A DNA stretch of 57,877 bases from an uncultured Bacilli bacterium (lineage in GTDB: Bacteria > Bacillota_I > Bacilli_A > RF39 > UBA660). Both the position numbers and the translations under genes were made by a program. Shown piece by piece: positions 9,191 through 21,000 of the stretch. Position 1 is the stretch's first letter, and each line of letters starts with the position of its first letter. The stretch spans positions 1-57,877 of the forward strand of contig CALVIE010000003.1 of the NCBI GenBank assembly GCA_944329385.1, read 5' to 3'. The notes under the pieces were generated by a model. It was given only the letters and a program-made list of their open reading frames with translations, made no database searches and was not told where the DNA came from.

Positions 9191-10249
9191 ATGACACAAA
9201 ACGAAATAGCCAATATTTTTCTCATGATTATTACAACATTTTTATTTGTTACTATTTTAATTCCATTTATAAAAAAAATAGCTATACACGTTGGAGCTTT
9301 AGATATTCCAAACAAAAGAAAAGTTCATAGTAAACCAATGCCAAGATTAGGTGGCCTTGCCATATTCTTCGGTTTCCTATTTGGATATATTCTATTTGGC
9401 GAACCTAGTAGTACCATGAACTCTATTTTAATCGGAAGCTTCATCATAGTATTAACCGGTGCTATTGACGATATTAAGCCATTAAAAGCTTCCGTAAAAT
9501 TTGTCGCTCAACTAATGGCTGCTATCGTTGTAACTTGCTATGGTAAACTTTTAATTCAAGATATTACAGCCTTTGGCTTTTACTTAGATTTAGGACTACT
9601 TGCCTACCCTATTACAATATTTTTTATCTTAGGTTGCCTAAACTGTATTAATCTAATTGATGGACTAGATGGCTTAGCTGCTGGTATTAGTTCAATTTAT
9701 TTTGCCACTATTGGAATCATTGCTATTATTATGGGAAAGACTGGATTAGACTTTATTTTAACATTCATTATGTTAGGTTCAGTTTTAGGATTTTTAGTTC
9801 ATAATTTCCACCCTGCTAGTATCTTTGCTGGTGATTCAGGATCATTATTCATGGGGTTTATGATAGCAGTTATCGCCCTACTTGGTTTTAAAAGTGTAAC
9901 CTTAACATCCCTAATAATTCCCCTACTTATACTAGCTATTCCTATCTTAGATACTATATTTGCTATTATAAGAAGATTATTAAAAGGTGAAAAAATATCT
10001 AAACCAGATAAATCTCATCTTCACCATCAACTTTTAAATAAAAACTTTTCCCACAAAGCAACCGTTTTGATTATCTATGGAATTGATATATTATTTGCCG
10101 CTGCCTCTATCATCTATGCTCTTCATGACCAAAAATTAGGTTATATTATATATACTATATTAACCATAATAGTTATTATATTCGTATTAAAAACCGACAT
10201 AATAGTAGATCAAGCAGCTTTCCATAAAAAACATAATAAAGAAAAATAA
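9191..10249 (+). CDS. tagO: Glycosyltransferase family 4, undecaprenyl-phosphate GlcNAc-1-phosphate transferase (TagO/WecA-like)
   Basis: P.KRKVH..P.PRLGGLAIF, DDIKPL, NLIDGLDGLAAG and FAGDSGSLF.GF motifs. Confidence 0.8.
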   Translation: MTQNEIANIFLMIITTFLFVTILIPFIKKIAIHVGALDIPNKRKVHSKPMPRLGGLAIFFGFLFGYILFGEPSSTMNSILIGSFIIVLTGAIDDIKPLKASVKFVAQLMAAIVVTCYGKLLIQDITAFGFYLDLGLLAYPITIFFILGCLNCINLIDGLDGLAAGISSIYFATIGIIAIIMGKTGLDFILTFIMLGSVLGFLVHNFHPASIFAGDSGSLFMGFMIAVIALLGFKSVTLTSLIIPLLILAIPILDTIFAIIRRLLKGEKISKPDKSHLHHQLLNKNFSHKATVLIIYGIDILFAAASIIYALHDQKLGYIIYTILTIIVIIFVLKTDIIVDQAAFHKKHNKEK

Positions 10250-10302
10250 TTATCAAAAAGTATAATTATTTTTTTTATTATCATAATATTAATGGTGATT
10301 AT

Positions 10303-11022
10303 ATGTCAAAGGAAATAATGGAAATATTGGATGTAATATTAAGATGTTTAATATCTTTAGTAACCTTGTTTTTTGTAACTAAAATGATTGGGAAAAAACA
10401 AGTATCGCAGTTTAGTCTATTTGATTATGTCATTGGAATTTCAATTGGCAACTTTGCTGCAGAAATGGCTTTAAACCTTGATTCTGATTATATGCATGGA
10501 ACCATTGCCGTTATAGTCTTTGGAATAGTTGCATATTTAGTTTCAATCATCACCTTAAAAAACTTAAAATTAAGAAGATTTTTTATTGGTGATCCAACAA
10601 TTCTTATAGAAGATGGAAAAATATTATATAAAAATCTAAAAAAAACAAAATTTGATATTAATGATCTTTTAGAAGAATGTCGCATCAATGGCTACTTTGA
10701 TATTCAAGAAATAGACTATGCTTTAATGGAAGCAAATGGAAAAATAAGCATTCTTGCTAAACCTGATTTTCAAAAACCAACAAATAAAGATTTAAAAATC
10801 AATAAAGAAAAAACAGGATTATGTGCCAATATAATTATCGACGGAAAAATCATTTATGAATCACTGAAAATAATGCATAAAGATGAAAAATGGTTAAAAC
10901 ATGAAATAAAAGTAAAAGGTTATAAACTAAACGATATTATTTTGGCTACCCTTGATTTAAAAGAAAACTTTATAGTTTACGGAAAAAACGTCAATTCTAA
11001 AACTTATGACATCTTAAACTAG
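10303..11022 (+). CDS. DUF421 (YetF-like) membrane protein
   Basis: The TKMIGKKQVSQFSLFDYVIGISIGN pattern is typical of DUF421. Confidence 0.7.
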   Translation: MSKEIMEILDVILRCLISLVTLFFVTKMIGKKQVSQFSLFDYVIGISIGNFAAEMALNLDSDYMHGTIAVIVFGIVAYLVSIITLKNLKLRRFFIGDPTILIEDGKILYKNLKKTKFDINDLLEECRINGYFDIQEIDYALMEANGKISILAKPDFQKPTNKDLKINKEKTGLCANIIIDGKIIYESLKIMHKDEKWLKHEIKVKGYKLNDIILATLDLKENFIVYGKNVNSKTYDILN

Positions 11023-11064
11023 AAATTATCTGTAATAACTGCTATAATGACAAAGGTGATAAAA

Positions 11065-11508
11065 ATGAGGCATTTTTGTGCATCCGCATATATAATTAAC
11101 CCAATTAATAAAAAATTATTATTAGTAAGACATAAAAAATATAATAAATGGCTTCAACCTGGTGGACATATTGAAGATAACGAAACTCCGGAAGAAGCTG
11201 CTACTAGAGAAGTTTATGAAGAAACAGGTATAAAAACTACTTTAATTGGTGAGCACTTTCCAAGAGAAGATGACCTAGTAAGACCTTTAGGTATTCAGTA
11301 TAATAGAAAAGAAAATGGTGATAGAATGGTTGATATTGTTTATGTTGGAAAACCAAACAACCCAGAAGAACCATTAAAAATAAGTAATGAAAGTAATGAT
11401 ATTGGTTGGTTTTCAAGACATGACTTAGAAGAAATGCCAGTTTTTCCGGATGTAAAAATATCCTTTGATTATATATTGCGAAATTACTTTGGTGGAATTG
11501 ATGTTTAA
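11065..11508 (+). CDS. NUDIX hydrolase (canonical Nudix box)
   Basis: GGHIEDNETPEEAATREVYEETGI fits GX5EX7REUXEEXGU. ATG at 11065 follows AAGGTGA. Confidence 0.8.
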   Translation: MRHFCASAYIINPINKKLLLVRHKKYNKWLQPGGHIEDNETPEEAATREVYEETGIKTTLIGEHFPREDDLVRPLGIQYNRKENGDRMVDIVYVGKPNNPEEPLKISNESNDIGWFSRHDLEEMPVFPDVKISFDYILRNYFGGIDV

Positions 11509-12091
11509 GGTAATTGAAATAAAAGACAAAAAAGCTCTAGATAAATTTTATCGAAAGCTCTTTTTTTATAAATCATTTATTTTTAAAAAAATATATTTTA
11601 AAGTAAAAACAGACTATAAAGAAATAAAACCAATCATTACCGCCTTAAATATTAAAAAAAGAAAAGAAAGAATAACCTATATTTATGATGAAGCATGCAC
11701 CCAAATAGATAACCATTATAATAATAAAAATATCTGTGGTTTTAAAAATAATAAGTGCTACGTCCAGCAAAAATTAAACAATGGTACCATAAATGGGTGC
11801 TGTAGAATGTGCAAATATCAAAGTAAAAAAGGATGCAAAACCAAAAACCTAACTTGTAAACTATTCACTTGCTCAGAAGTTGAAAAAAGATGCCAAATAA
11901 TTACCTTTGATGATTTAAAAATATTAAATCTTCTCTCACTTAGAAATAAAATGATTTTAAAATCAGATTACTTTTCTAAAAGAGAAGATGTTATTAATGA
12001 TTTATATATTGGAAGTTTCTTTGTATGGACTATTAGAATAATAATTAGATTAATAAATAACTTTTCCACACTAAAACGCAAACAATCTTAA
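11501..12091 (+). CDS. Cys-rich hypothetical protein, translationally coupled to the NUDIX gene
   Basis: ATGTTTAA overlap with the NUDIX stop. Cys cluster C..NNKC......GCCRMC......GC.....C....C. Confidence 0.4.
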   Translation: MFKVIEIKDKKALDKFYRKLFFYKSFIFKKIYFKVKTDYKEIKPIITALNIKKRKERITYIYDEACTQIDNHYNNKNICGFKNNKCYVQQKLNNGTINGCCRMCKYQSKKGCKTKNLTCKLFTCSEVEKRCQIITFDDLKILNLLSLRNKMILKSDYFSKREDVINDLYIGSFFVWTIRIIIRLINNFSTLKRKQS

Positions 12092-12160
12092 AACAAAAAT
12101 TTATTTACAATTAAATACATAAGTGTTATAATTGTTCCTAGTGTGAAAAGAGGGATTTGT

Positions 12161-13978
12161 ATGAAACAGAGAAATATTGCAATAATTGCCCATGTCGATC
12201 ATGGTAAAACAACACTCGTCGATCAATTATTAAAACAGTCAGGAACATTTAGAGAAAACGAAGAAATAGGAAAAAGAGTCATGGATTCAAATGCCCTAGA
12301 AAAAGAACGCGGAATAACCATTTTAGCAAAAACAACCGCCATTAATTATAAAGGATATAAAATAAACATCTTAGATACTCCAGGACATGCTGACTTTGGC
12401 GGTGAAGTTGAAAGAATAATGAATATGGTTGATGGTGTTTTATTAGTTGTTGATGCCTATGAAGGAACCATGCCTCAAACTAGATTTGTACTAAAAAAAG
12501 CTCTAGCTGCTGGCGTAACTCCAATAGTAGTTGTCAATAAAATCGATAAACCATCTGCTAGACCAGAAAAAGTTGTCGATGAAGTCATGGATTTATTCAT
12601 TGAATTAGGCGCTTCCATTGAACAATTAGACTTCCCAGTATTATATGCATCTGCCCTAAATGGAACCTCTTCTACATCTTCTGATTTAAATACTCAAGCC
12701 AAGACCATGGATCCAATATTAGATGCCGTTATTGAAAATATACCAGAGCCAAATGTTGATGAAAATGGACCTTTCCAATTTCAACCTGCCCTACTTGATT
12801 ATAATGATTTTGTAGGAAGAATCGGTATCGGTGTCGTTAAAAGAGGACATATCAAAGTAAATTCTACAGTAACATGTATGCGTTTAGATGGTACAAAAAA
12901 ACAGTTTAGAATTCAAAAAATATTTGGTTATCTAGGACTAAATAAAATAGAAGTTGAAGAAGCTCATGCTGGAGACATTGTCGCTATAGCTGGTTTACCT
13001 GATATATCAGTTGGTGAAACAGTATGTGAAGTTGGACACGAAGAAGCACTTGAACCACTTAGAATTGATGAACCAACCTTACAAATGACCTTTGGTGTAA
13101 ATACCAGTCCATTTAATGGTAGGGATGGTAAATTTCTAACTGCAAGACAGATAGAAGATAGACTAATCAAAGAAACTGAAAAAGATGTATCCTTAAAAGT
13201 AAAACAAATAGACTCTGAGTCATGGATGGTATCTGGTAGAGGCGAACTTCACCTATCAATATTAATTGAAACAATGCGAAGAGAAGGATATGAATTAGAA
13301 GTATCTAAACCACAAATCATTGTTAAAGAAATAGATGGCATAAAATGTGAACCATTTGAAGACGTTGAAATCGAAGTCCCAGAAGAATATGTTGGACCAG
13401 TCATTGAATCATTAGGTAACCGTGGTGGAACAATGGAAAATATGACTCCTTTTGATAATCAGACAAAACTTTTATATACCATTCCATCAAGAGGATTAAT
13501 TGGCTTTACAACTGAATTTATGACCTTAACTAAAGGTTATGGGATATTATCTCATGCTTTTAAATCTTATGAACCAATTACTGTAAGTAATATTGGCGAA
13601 AGAAAAGCCGGAGTCTTAGTTTCTATTGATAATGGCAAAGCTACCGCCTATGCCCTAGGTTCCCTAGAAGATAGAGGCGTTATGTTTATTGAACCAGGAA
13701 CAGATGTTTATGAAGGTATGATAGTTGGTGAAAATAACCATGAAAACGACCTAGCTGTTAATGTTACTAAAGGTAAACAACTAACAAACACTAGAAGTGC
13801 GAATAAAGATCATACTGTAGTCTTAAAAAGGCCAAGAGAAATGAGTTTAGAAGTTTGCCTAGACTATATCAATGAAGATGAATTAGTCGAAGTAACCCCT
13901 GCAACCTATAGATTAAGAAAGAAAATTCTAAACACCAATGAAAGAAAAAAATACGAAAATAAGAAAAATCCTAAATAA
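12161..13978 (+). CDS. typA: Translational GTPase TypA/BipA
   Basis: [32 protein letters not shown] and NKIDK motifs. About 605 aa. Confidence 0.95.
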   Translation: MKQRNIAIIAHVDHGKTTLVDQLLKQSGTFRENEEIGKRVMDSNALEKERGITILAKTTAINYKGYKINILDTPGHADFGGEVERIMNMVDGVLLVVDAYEGTMPQTRFVLKKALAAGVTPIVVVNKIDKPSARPEKVVDEVMDLFIELGASIEQLDFPVLYASALNGTSSTSSDLNTQAKTMDPILDAVIENIPEPNVDENGPFQFQPALLDYNDFVGRIGIGVVKRGHIKVNSTVTCMRLDGTKKQFRIQKIFGYLGLNKIEVEEAHAGDIVAIAGLPDISVGETVCEVGHEEALEPLRIDEPTLQMTFGVNTSPFNGRDGKFLTARQIEDRLIKETEKDVSLKVKQIDSESWMVSGRGELHLSILIETMRREGYELEVSKPQIIVKEIDGIKCEPFEDVEIEVPEEYVGPVIESLGNRGGTMENMTPFDNQTKLLYTIPSRGLIGFTTEFMTLTKGYGILSHAFKSYEPITVSNIGERKAGVLVSIDNGKATAYALGSLEDRGVMFIEPGTDVYEGMIVGENNHENDLAVNVTKGKQLTNTRSANKDHTVVLKRPREMSLEVCLDYINEDELVEVTPATYRLRKKILNTNERKKYENKKNPK

Positions 13979-14009
13979 ACTTTCCAATAAAAAGGAAAGT
14001 TTTATTTTA
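13977..14009 (+). terminator. Rho-independent terminator after typA
   Basis: AAACTTTCC-AATAAAA-GGAAAGTTT followed by a T-rich run. Confidence 0.75.
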
Positions 14010-14228
14010 TGTAGGTTCTGTTATACTTTATGACTTATGGGCAATATCATTGAAATTTTGTATGATTATATTAAAATTATCATTATATTTATTGCTATAT
14101 ATTGCTATGCTTTTTTATTCGTCACTTTATTTAACACTTCTATCTAAAAAAATAGAATCTCAAAAAAAAAATAATTGTAAAAAAGTAGAAAAAAGGGTAT
14201 ACTTAATTATAGAGAGGAGTGTAGAAAA

Positions 14229-15983
14229 ATGAAAAAGAAAATATTTTCTTTAGGGTTTATTGCATTGTTTATTACTTTGCCATTTGCCGTAAAAGCAGCC
14301 ACATCTTTCGACGGTATGCAAAGTGGTAATGTAATCAAACTAACTGAAGACGTAACTTTATCAAAAAGGCACGTCATTAATGAAGGCGAAAGCCTTACAA
14401 TTGACCTAAATGGTCATACCTTAACAGGACCAACTGATGATTATCTTGTTGATAATAGAGGTACTGTTAAAATAATCGATACCGGAAGCAATAAAGGTAA
14501 AATAAGTTGTCCATCAAATACTTCATCTTGCCTTAGAAACTTAGGCACAATGGAAGTAGATGGCATAACAGCTGAAAGTGCTTTTGCTACTATTAAAAAT
14601 GATGCAACTAGTAGTAAAGATGAAGAAGGAGAACATTATGGTAATTTAACTGTTAAAAATTCAACTATTATTTCTACTCATGTGGGAAACTCTTTGGACA
14701 AAGAAATCGGTTTTACTGGTGCTATTCAAAACTGGGGAACTGCTAAAGTAGATAATACAAAAGTTGTTGCCGAAAAAGACTATGCCATATTCGCACGAAG
14801 CGGTGCTAGTGCTAATAAAAATTCAGATATTACTATTAAAAATTCAACAATTACAGGGCTTTATTTTCTAGGAACTGAAAGACTTAACAGTACAACAACT
14901 ACGCAAACAGTTAATATTAGTGATTCAACTATTACTGGTAAAACATCTACAGGAAATAATAATGGAACAGTTCAATCTTATAGTGGAGAAATAACTGCTA
15001 AAACTAATCACAATAACACAAACGGTTCAATTATTGCTAATAGTGTTAAAGGAACTAAAGTGATTATTGATGTTGACTATAGTAGTGCTTTAATAATACC
15101 TGAAGGCATTACAGTAGTAATTCCTAAAGAAAGAACTTTAACTGTTGGAACTGGTGGAGTTAAAATTGGAAATGGCCAATTAGATTTAAAAGGTGAAATG
15201 AAAAATGCTAATGTCTATGTAGAATCAACAAATTCATATTGGACGAATTTAAAAAATGCCCTTAATAGTGTACCTTTAGATTCTAAAGGCATTAACGTTA
15301 AATTATTAGCTGACACTAATGAAACTAGTAGCATTTCAATTAGCCGAAAAGAAATTAACATTGATTTAAATGGACACACTATTAACAGTACCAAAGGTAT
15401 TAGTATTGCTAATAGCTCAGATATTACTATCAATGATACAAGTAAAGACCAAACTGGAAAAGTTAATACAAATATTAAAAATTCTGGTAAATTAACAATT
15501 AAAGGTGGTACTTATCAAACAATACCAACAACTAACACAGGTGCTACAACAACCGTTGAAGGCGGAACATTCCCTAAAGAAATATTAGATCAAGTTACTG
15601 TAAATGAAGATCAAATAGTAACTACAAATGAAGATGGAACTGTCACAATAGCTTATAAAAAAGCTGATTATAGCAAAGTAGAAGAAGCTATTGATAAAGC
15701 AAACAAATTAAATAAAAATGACTACAAAAACTTTAGTTTAGTAGAAGATGCAATCAACAAAGTTGATTGGAATAAAAACATTACTGAACAAAAAGAGGTT
15801 GATCAATATGCTGAAGACATTTTAAAAGCGATTGATAGTTTAGAGTTAAAAGATCAAGAAGATATTAAAGATGAAGCAACTAACCCAAAAACATCAGATA
15901 GTATAATTTTAGTCGCTGTAATCGGTGGTGTTGCTGTAATTGTTGCGGTTACTGCATTCATTGTTTTAAAGAAAAAAGCATAA
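14229..15983 (+). CDS. Cell-surface protein with signal peptide and a C-terminal NPKTS-type sorting signal
   Basis: Signal peptide ...AVKA. Repeated IDLNGHT(L/I) segments. C-terminus is NPKTS, then a hydrophobic stretch, then KKKA, which resembles class-B sortase signals NPX[TS][NGS]. Confidence 0.55.
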   Translation: MKKKIFSLGFIALFITLPFAVKAATSFDGMQSGNVIKLTEDVTLSKRHVINEGESLTIDLNGHTLTGPTDDYLVDNRGTVKIIDTGSNKGKISCPSNTSSCLRNLGTMEVDGITAESAFATIKNDATSSKDEEGEHYGNLTVKNSTIISTHVGNSLDKEIGFTGAIQNWGTAKVDNTKVVAEKDYAIFARSGASANKNSDITIKNSTITGLYFLGTERLNSTTTTQTVNISDSTITGKTSTGNNNGTVQSYSGEITAKTNHNNTNGSIIANSVKGTKVIIDVDYSSALIIPEGITVVIPKERTLTVGTGGVKIGNGQLDLKGEMKNANVYVESTNSYWTNLKNALNSVPLDSKGINVKLLADTNETSSISISRKEINIDLNGHTINSTKGISIANSSDITINDTSKDQTGKVNTNIKNSGKLTIKGGTYQTIPTTNTGATTTVEGGTFPKEILDQVTVNEDQIVTTNEDGTVTIAYKKADYSKVEEAIDKANKLNKNDYKNFSLVEDAINKVDWNKNITEQKEVDQYAEDILKAIDSLELKDQEDIKDEATNPKTSDSIILVAVIGGVAVIVAVTAFIVLKKKA

Positions 15984-16010
15984 ACCAAGTAAATAAAACT
16001 TGGTTTTTTT
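15983..16010 (+). terminator. Rho-independent terminator
   Basis: AACCAAGT-loop-ACTTGGTT followed by T7. Confidence 0.8.
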
Positions 16011-16075
16011 GAACCTTGATAAAAGGTTAACTTATAACTTTATTAACAGTTTAATAAAACCTCATATAAGAGGTT

Positions 16076-16750
16076 TTATTTTGCCCTAAAAGTAGTTTTA
16101 AATTCTACATTATCCTTATTGCCATTATAAATAGGAATAATTGAAACCACATATCCATACTTATTTTCAAAAGAAATTCTAATATCTGGACTTTCATAAT
16201 TAATACTTTTCCTTATAATGACCTTACTCTCATCTACATCATCTAAACTATAAAGTAAATCAATATCCATATACTTGTCATTTTTAAATTCTATTTCATT
16301 AATTTTCAAATTATTTACCTTTTCACCAAAATTTATAATAATATAATTAGAAGTCTTATCAAGTAAAATTGTTTTATCATCATTAGTCGCTTCATAATTT
16401 TTCATATAATCTATTGCATAGAAATTCTTATCTGTATACTTTTTAGTCAAACTTTGTAAATAACTGTTAAGCTTTGTATTACTTGCCACTTTTCCGTCAT
16501 ATTTTAACTCATCATCACTCAAAGAAAAATAATATATATCATCAGTCGTTTTAATTGTTAGCTTATTTGCTAAATCCTTATCCTCATTTTTATCATAAGT
16601 AATATTAATTAATTCCTTAACTTTGTTAAAATCAGTTTTATTAATATAAATGTCATTGTATTTAATTTCTGTAATATTACCATGAATATCCAGTGTTTTT
16701 GAACATCCTAAAATCAATATTGAAATCAATAAAAATAATACTTTCCGCAT
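16076..16750 (-). CDS. Lipoprotein, function unknown
   Basis: MRKVLFLLISILILGCSK lipobox. ATG at 16750 is preceded by AGGTGA. Confidence 0.6.
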   Translation of the reverse strand: MRKVLFLLISILILGCSKTLDIHGNITEIKYNDIYINKTDFNKVKELINITYDKNEDKDLANKLTIKTTDDIYYFSLSDDELKYDGKVASNTKLNSYLQSLTKKYTDKNFYAIDYMKNYEATNDDKTILLDKTSNYIIINFGEKVNNLKINEIEFKNDKYMDIDLLYSLDDVDESKVIIRKSINYESPDIRISFENKYGYVVSIIPIYNGNKDNVEFKTTFRAK

Positions 16751-16780
16751 AATAATCACCTATCATTATTATGCTTTTTT

Positions 16781-16810
16781 TATAAAAAAAAATACTTGTA
16801 AAAACAAGTA
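16781..16810 (-). terminator. Minus-strand terminator downstream of cotJC
   Basis: TACTTGT-TTTTT-ACAAGTA followed by a T9 run on the minus strand. Confidence 0.55.
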
Positions 16811-16850
16811 TAAAAAACATTAAATAACATATATTTTTTTAGATAATTTT

Positions 16851-17420
16851 TTATTTTAAACTTTGATTTTTAATTTTTAAATAATAATCTCTTAACTCTT
16901 TAAACCTCTGATAATGTACTATTTCTCTTTCCCTTAAAAACGATAGCGGACCTAAAATATCAGGATCGTCAGTCAAATCCATCAAATGCTCATAAGTAGC
17001 TCTCGCCCTTTGTTCTGCACCCATATCACTTTCAATATCCGCAATATAATCACCAGCAACCTTTATATATGTCATGTTAAATGGATTACCAAAAGCATCT
17101 GATGGGAATAAATCCATACCAAACTGTGCATACTGACTATCTAAACCAGCTTCTTTTAACTCTTCTTTAGTTGCCCCCTTCATAAGCTGATAAAGCATAG
17201 CTGATATAATCTCAACGTGGGCAAGCTCTTCTGTTCCAATATCAGTAAGTAATGCTTTTCCCCTATCATCAGGCATAATATATCTTTGGTCTAAATATTG
17301 CCATGCAGCTGCGAGCTCTCCAGCTGGACCGCCATATTGTGTCAAAATACATTTTGCCATCTTTAAATTTTTCTTCTTAATATTTACAGGATACTGTAAT
17401 TTTTTCTCATATTTCCACAT
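16851..17420 (-). CDS. cotJC: Manganese-catalase-family spore coat protein CotJC
   Basis: YGGPAGELAAAWQYLDQRY, EELAHVE and the reading through YQRF are typical of CotJC. Confidence 0.85.
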   Translation of the reverse strand: MWKYEKKLQYPVNIKKKNLKMAKCILTQYGGPAGELAAAWQYLDQRYIMPDDRGKALLTDIGTEELAHVEIISAMLYQLMKGATKEELKEAGLDSQYAQFGMDLFPSDAFGNPFNMTYIKVAGDYIADIESDMGAEQRARATYEHLMDLTDDPDILGPLSFLREREIVHYQRFKELRDYYLKIKNQSLK

Positions 17421-17429
17421 ATAAACCTC

Positions 17430-17954
17430 CTATTTATTCTCCCATGGCCAAGGTGTATTATTCCAAGTCCAAGGATACCCTTCATTAGAATTTACAAAAA
17501 GTGGTCCAAACTTACTTTCATATTCATTTTTTGCTGTCCATGCATCCGCACTATACTGATTATATAAATCAATCATTGGCTTGTCTTCTGGATGAGTATC
17601 TAAATATAAATTAATATCGTGAGCCGCAAAACAGTATGCATCTACCTTAGTCAAAAGTTCAGCTTGTTCATTCATCCCTTTCACATCATAAGGTCTAGAA
17701 AGTTTATATTGGTTAAATAAATCTGGAAACATATTGCCTCTAATAAAACCATTATAAACATCGTATAATTGATTTGGATTACTCTTGCCGTCATATCCAC
17801 ATTTATTAAAATTCATATTGTCACCTGCTTGTTTACTAAGCTTTTTACTAAGTTCAACATCTTGAGGTTTCATTTTGTTTTTAGGCATAGCTTCTGGATA
17901 AGCCATCATAAACTCATTTGGAAACATATCTTTCATATTCATATAATTATTCAT
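17430..17954 (-). CDS. CotJB-domain spore coat protein with an N-terminal CotJA-like extension (apparent CotJA-CotJB fusion)
   Basis: LL.KV....FAAHDINLYLDTHPED is the CotJB signature. Upstream, YDVYNGFIRGNMFPDLFNQY resembles the CotJA motif. The ATG for MNNYMNM follows AAAGGGGA. Confidence 0.6.
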   Translation of the reverse strand: MNNYMNMKDMFPNEFMMAYPEAMPKNKMKPQDVELSKKLSKQAGDNMNFNKCGYDGKSNPNQLYDVYNGFIRGNMFPDLFNQYKLSRPYDVKGMNEQAELLTKVDAYCFAAHDINLYLDTHPEDKPMIDLYNQYSADAWTAKNEYESKFGPLFVNSNEGYPWTWNNTPWPWENK

Positions 17955-18062
17955 TGTTTTTCCCCTTTCGTGATATCTTATGAAATAAAAGGTAGTAAGT
18001 ATGGGCAAATAACTTGTAATAAAAGGAAAAATTTAGTATCATAAACAAATGAGGTGATATGC

Positions 18063-21000
18063 ATGCGTCTATATGATAAAGTAATTAGAATCTGTGGAAC
18101 AACCGATTTTATGAAAGGTTTAAATTATCAGGCAAACAAAGTTAAATTAACAAAAATCGAAGATGAGGATAATTTTCGTGAAGCTTATTTTAGTGTAACT
18201 TCTGAGAGAATAAACTTTGATTATCATGTTTATTTGCTTTTAAATAAGGAAACTGAAGAATTACACGATTATAAATGTACCTGTCCACAATATGAAAAAA
18301 TGGACACATGTAAACATATAGCTGCCTGCATTTTAAAATACGAAAATGCATTATTTAATGATGAAGAAACTGATCCATTGGAATACCAGTTAAATCTCGG
18401 CTCACAAATATTAGATAAATTTTATGAGCCAAAAAAATCCACCATAAAAAAGAAATTAAACCTCGAAATAGAACTTGAACCTACTGATAGTTATTACTAT
18501 GATAACTACATTAAAGTAAAATATAAAATAGGTTTAGATAGACTATATACCTTAAATAATAAATATCATAATTTCATGTATGCTTATTCACAAAAAAGAT
18601 CATATAAATTATCTACAAAATTAACTTATGATCCAAATGAACACTATTTTGATAAAATAGATAAAGAAATATTAGATTATAATGTTCACATATTTCAAAG
18701 AGGCTACTATGAATGTGTTATTAGAAAAAATGACTTAGATAGTTTTATGGACCTTTTAAAAGATAAAGATTTTACTTTAAATCATAATAAATATATTGGA
18801 TATATTAAAGAAAATCCTTTTAATATCAATCTTACAAAAGAAAATAATAACTATACCCTAACCATCGATAATTTAAAAGATTATGAGCAATTGCTTGAAG
18901 GTGCCCCATATTTTTATGATAATAAAAAAATATATAAAGTAGATGATAACATATATAAACTATATAGATTACTTGTAGATAACGATTTAGATAGTTTCAT
19001 GTTCTCTAAAAAAGACTTAGGCAAATTTACTGGTGGCCTACTTTCCTTATTAAAAGAAAATATCCATTTAGATGAAAACATAACTGAAATAACCATACCA
19101 ACCGCCCCTAAAGCCAAACTATACTTTGACTTTTACTATAGTGCCATTGAGTGTCAAATCAAGTTAACCTATGGTAACAAAGAACTTGACTACTTTTCGA
19201 AAGACCCAGGAGTTCCAAGAGATACCGAATATGAAAGTAATATTCTCCAAAGATTATCAGATTTTGGCTTCACTGTAAATCAAACGCATATAACGCTAGA
19301 AGACATTGATGAAATCGGCGAATTTCTAGAAAAAGGAATCTATGAAATAAGTGAAGAATACGAAGTATTTACCTCTAAAAAAATAAAAGATACAAATATT
19401 GTCAAGCAAAGTCAAAATAGTGTCACCTTCTCTATTGGTAAAGATAATATCCTATCTTATAACTTCAATCTAGATGGCATCGAACAAACCGAACTGACTG
19501 ACATTCTATCATCACTCAAAGCCAAAAAGCACTACCACCGTTTAAAAAATGGATCAATTATTGACCTAAATGCGGACAAAAACCTGCAAAACCTAGGAGA
19601 ACTCACAGATGAATTAGACCTAACAAAAAAAGAAATAACTGAAGGTCTTGGAACTATCCCCAAATATCGCGCACTCTATCTAGATAGCTTAAAAAATAGT
19701 TACCATAGCCTAATATCAACTAATGATAATTTTGATAACCTTATAAAACAATTTAAAACTTATAAAGATAAAGACATCCCATTAGATAAAAAAGAATTAA
19801 AAATATTAAGAGATTATCAAGTAACAGGTGTCAAATGGCTATATAATGTCTATAAATCAGGTTTTGGTGGAATCTTAGCCGATGAAATGGGCTTAGGAAA
19901 ATCAATTCAATTAATCTATTTAACTAAACTAATAATCAAAGAAAATCCCAAAGCCAAAATTCTAATCGTTACCCCTACTTCCCTAGTCTACAACTGGCAA
20001 AAAGAATTTGATAAATTTGGCTCAGAACTGAAATATAAAGTTTTTGCCGAAAATAAAACCCAAAGATTAAATGAACTAGATAACATAGATAACATAAACA
20101 TCATGATAACATCTTATGGTTTAATCAGAAACGACTTAGAAAAATATGAACAAATGTCCTTTGAACTAATTGCCATCGATGAAGCTCAAAACATTAAAAA
20201 CCCAAATACTGGTATAGCTAAAGCTGTTAAGAGTTTGAATGCCAAAGTAAAATTTGCCCTAACAGGTACCCCTATTGAAAATAGCTTACTTGAACTTTGG
20301 AGTATCTTTGATTTCATCATGCCAGGTTATTTAGCTAACCGTGATAAATTTCAAACCTTATATAATGTCAAAGAATTAGATAAAGAAAATAGTAACTTAA
20401 ATAGATTAAATACGCAAATAAAATATTTTATCCTAAGAAGAAAGAAAAAAGATGTTGTCAAAGACTTACCTGATAAATTAGAAAATAACATTTATATTGA
20501 CTTAGGCAAAACCCAGAAAAAAGTATATATGGCTGAAGTTCAAAAAACTAAAGAAGAACTAGATGAACTTATCAAACAAGAAGGCTGGACTAAAGAAAGA
20601 TTTAAAATTTTACAGTTACTAACCAAACTAAGGCAAATATGTATTGATCCATCAATCATCTTTGATAATTATAAAGGTGAGAGTGCTAAAATAGAAGAGC
20701 TTTTAAAAATAGTAGAAGAAACCAAAGCCAATGGTCATAAAATGTTGATATTCACAACCTATAAAAAAGCTTTAGATTTAATAATACCTAAACTAAACAA
20801 TATAGGCATATCATCATATTATATAGATGGCTCAGTATCTTCTAAAAAACGTATGGAATTAGTTGAAAAATTTAACCATGATGATACAGATGTCTTTATT
20901 ATAACATTAAAAGCTGGAGGTACAGGATTAAACTTAACTTCTGCCACCGTAGTAATTCATTTAGATTTATGGTGGAACCCGCAAGTCGAAAATCAAGCAA

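Noticed and set aside
14050-14232. 60-aa ORF upstream of the surface-protein gene
   Set aside because: It has a TTG start in an AT-rich leader, no SD, and a low-complexity L/Y/K translation. It overlaps the SD of the real gene.
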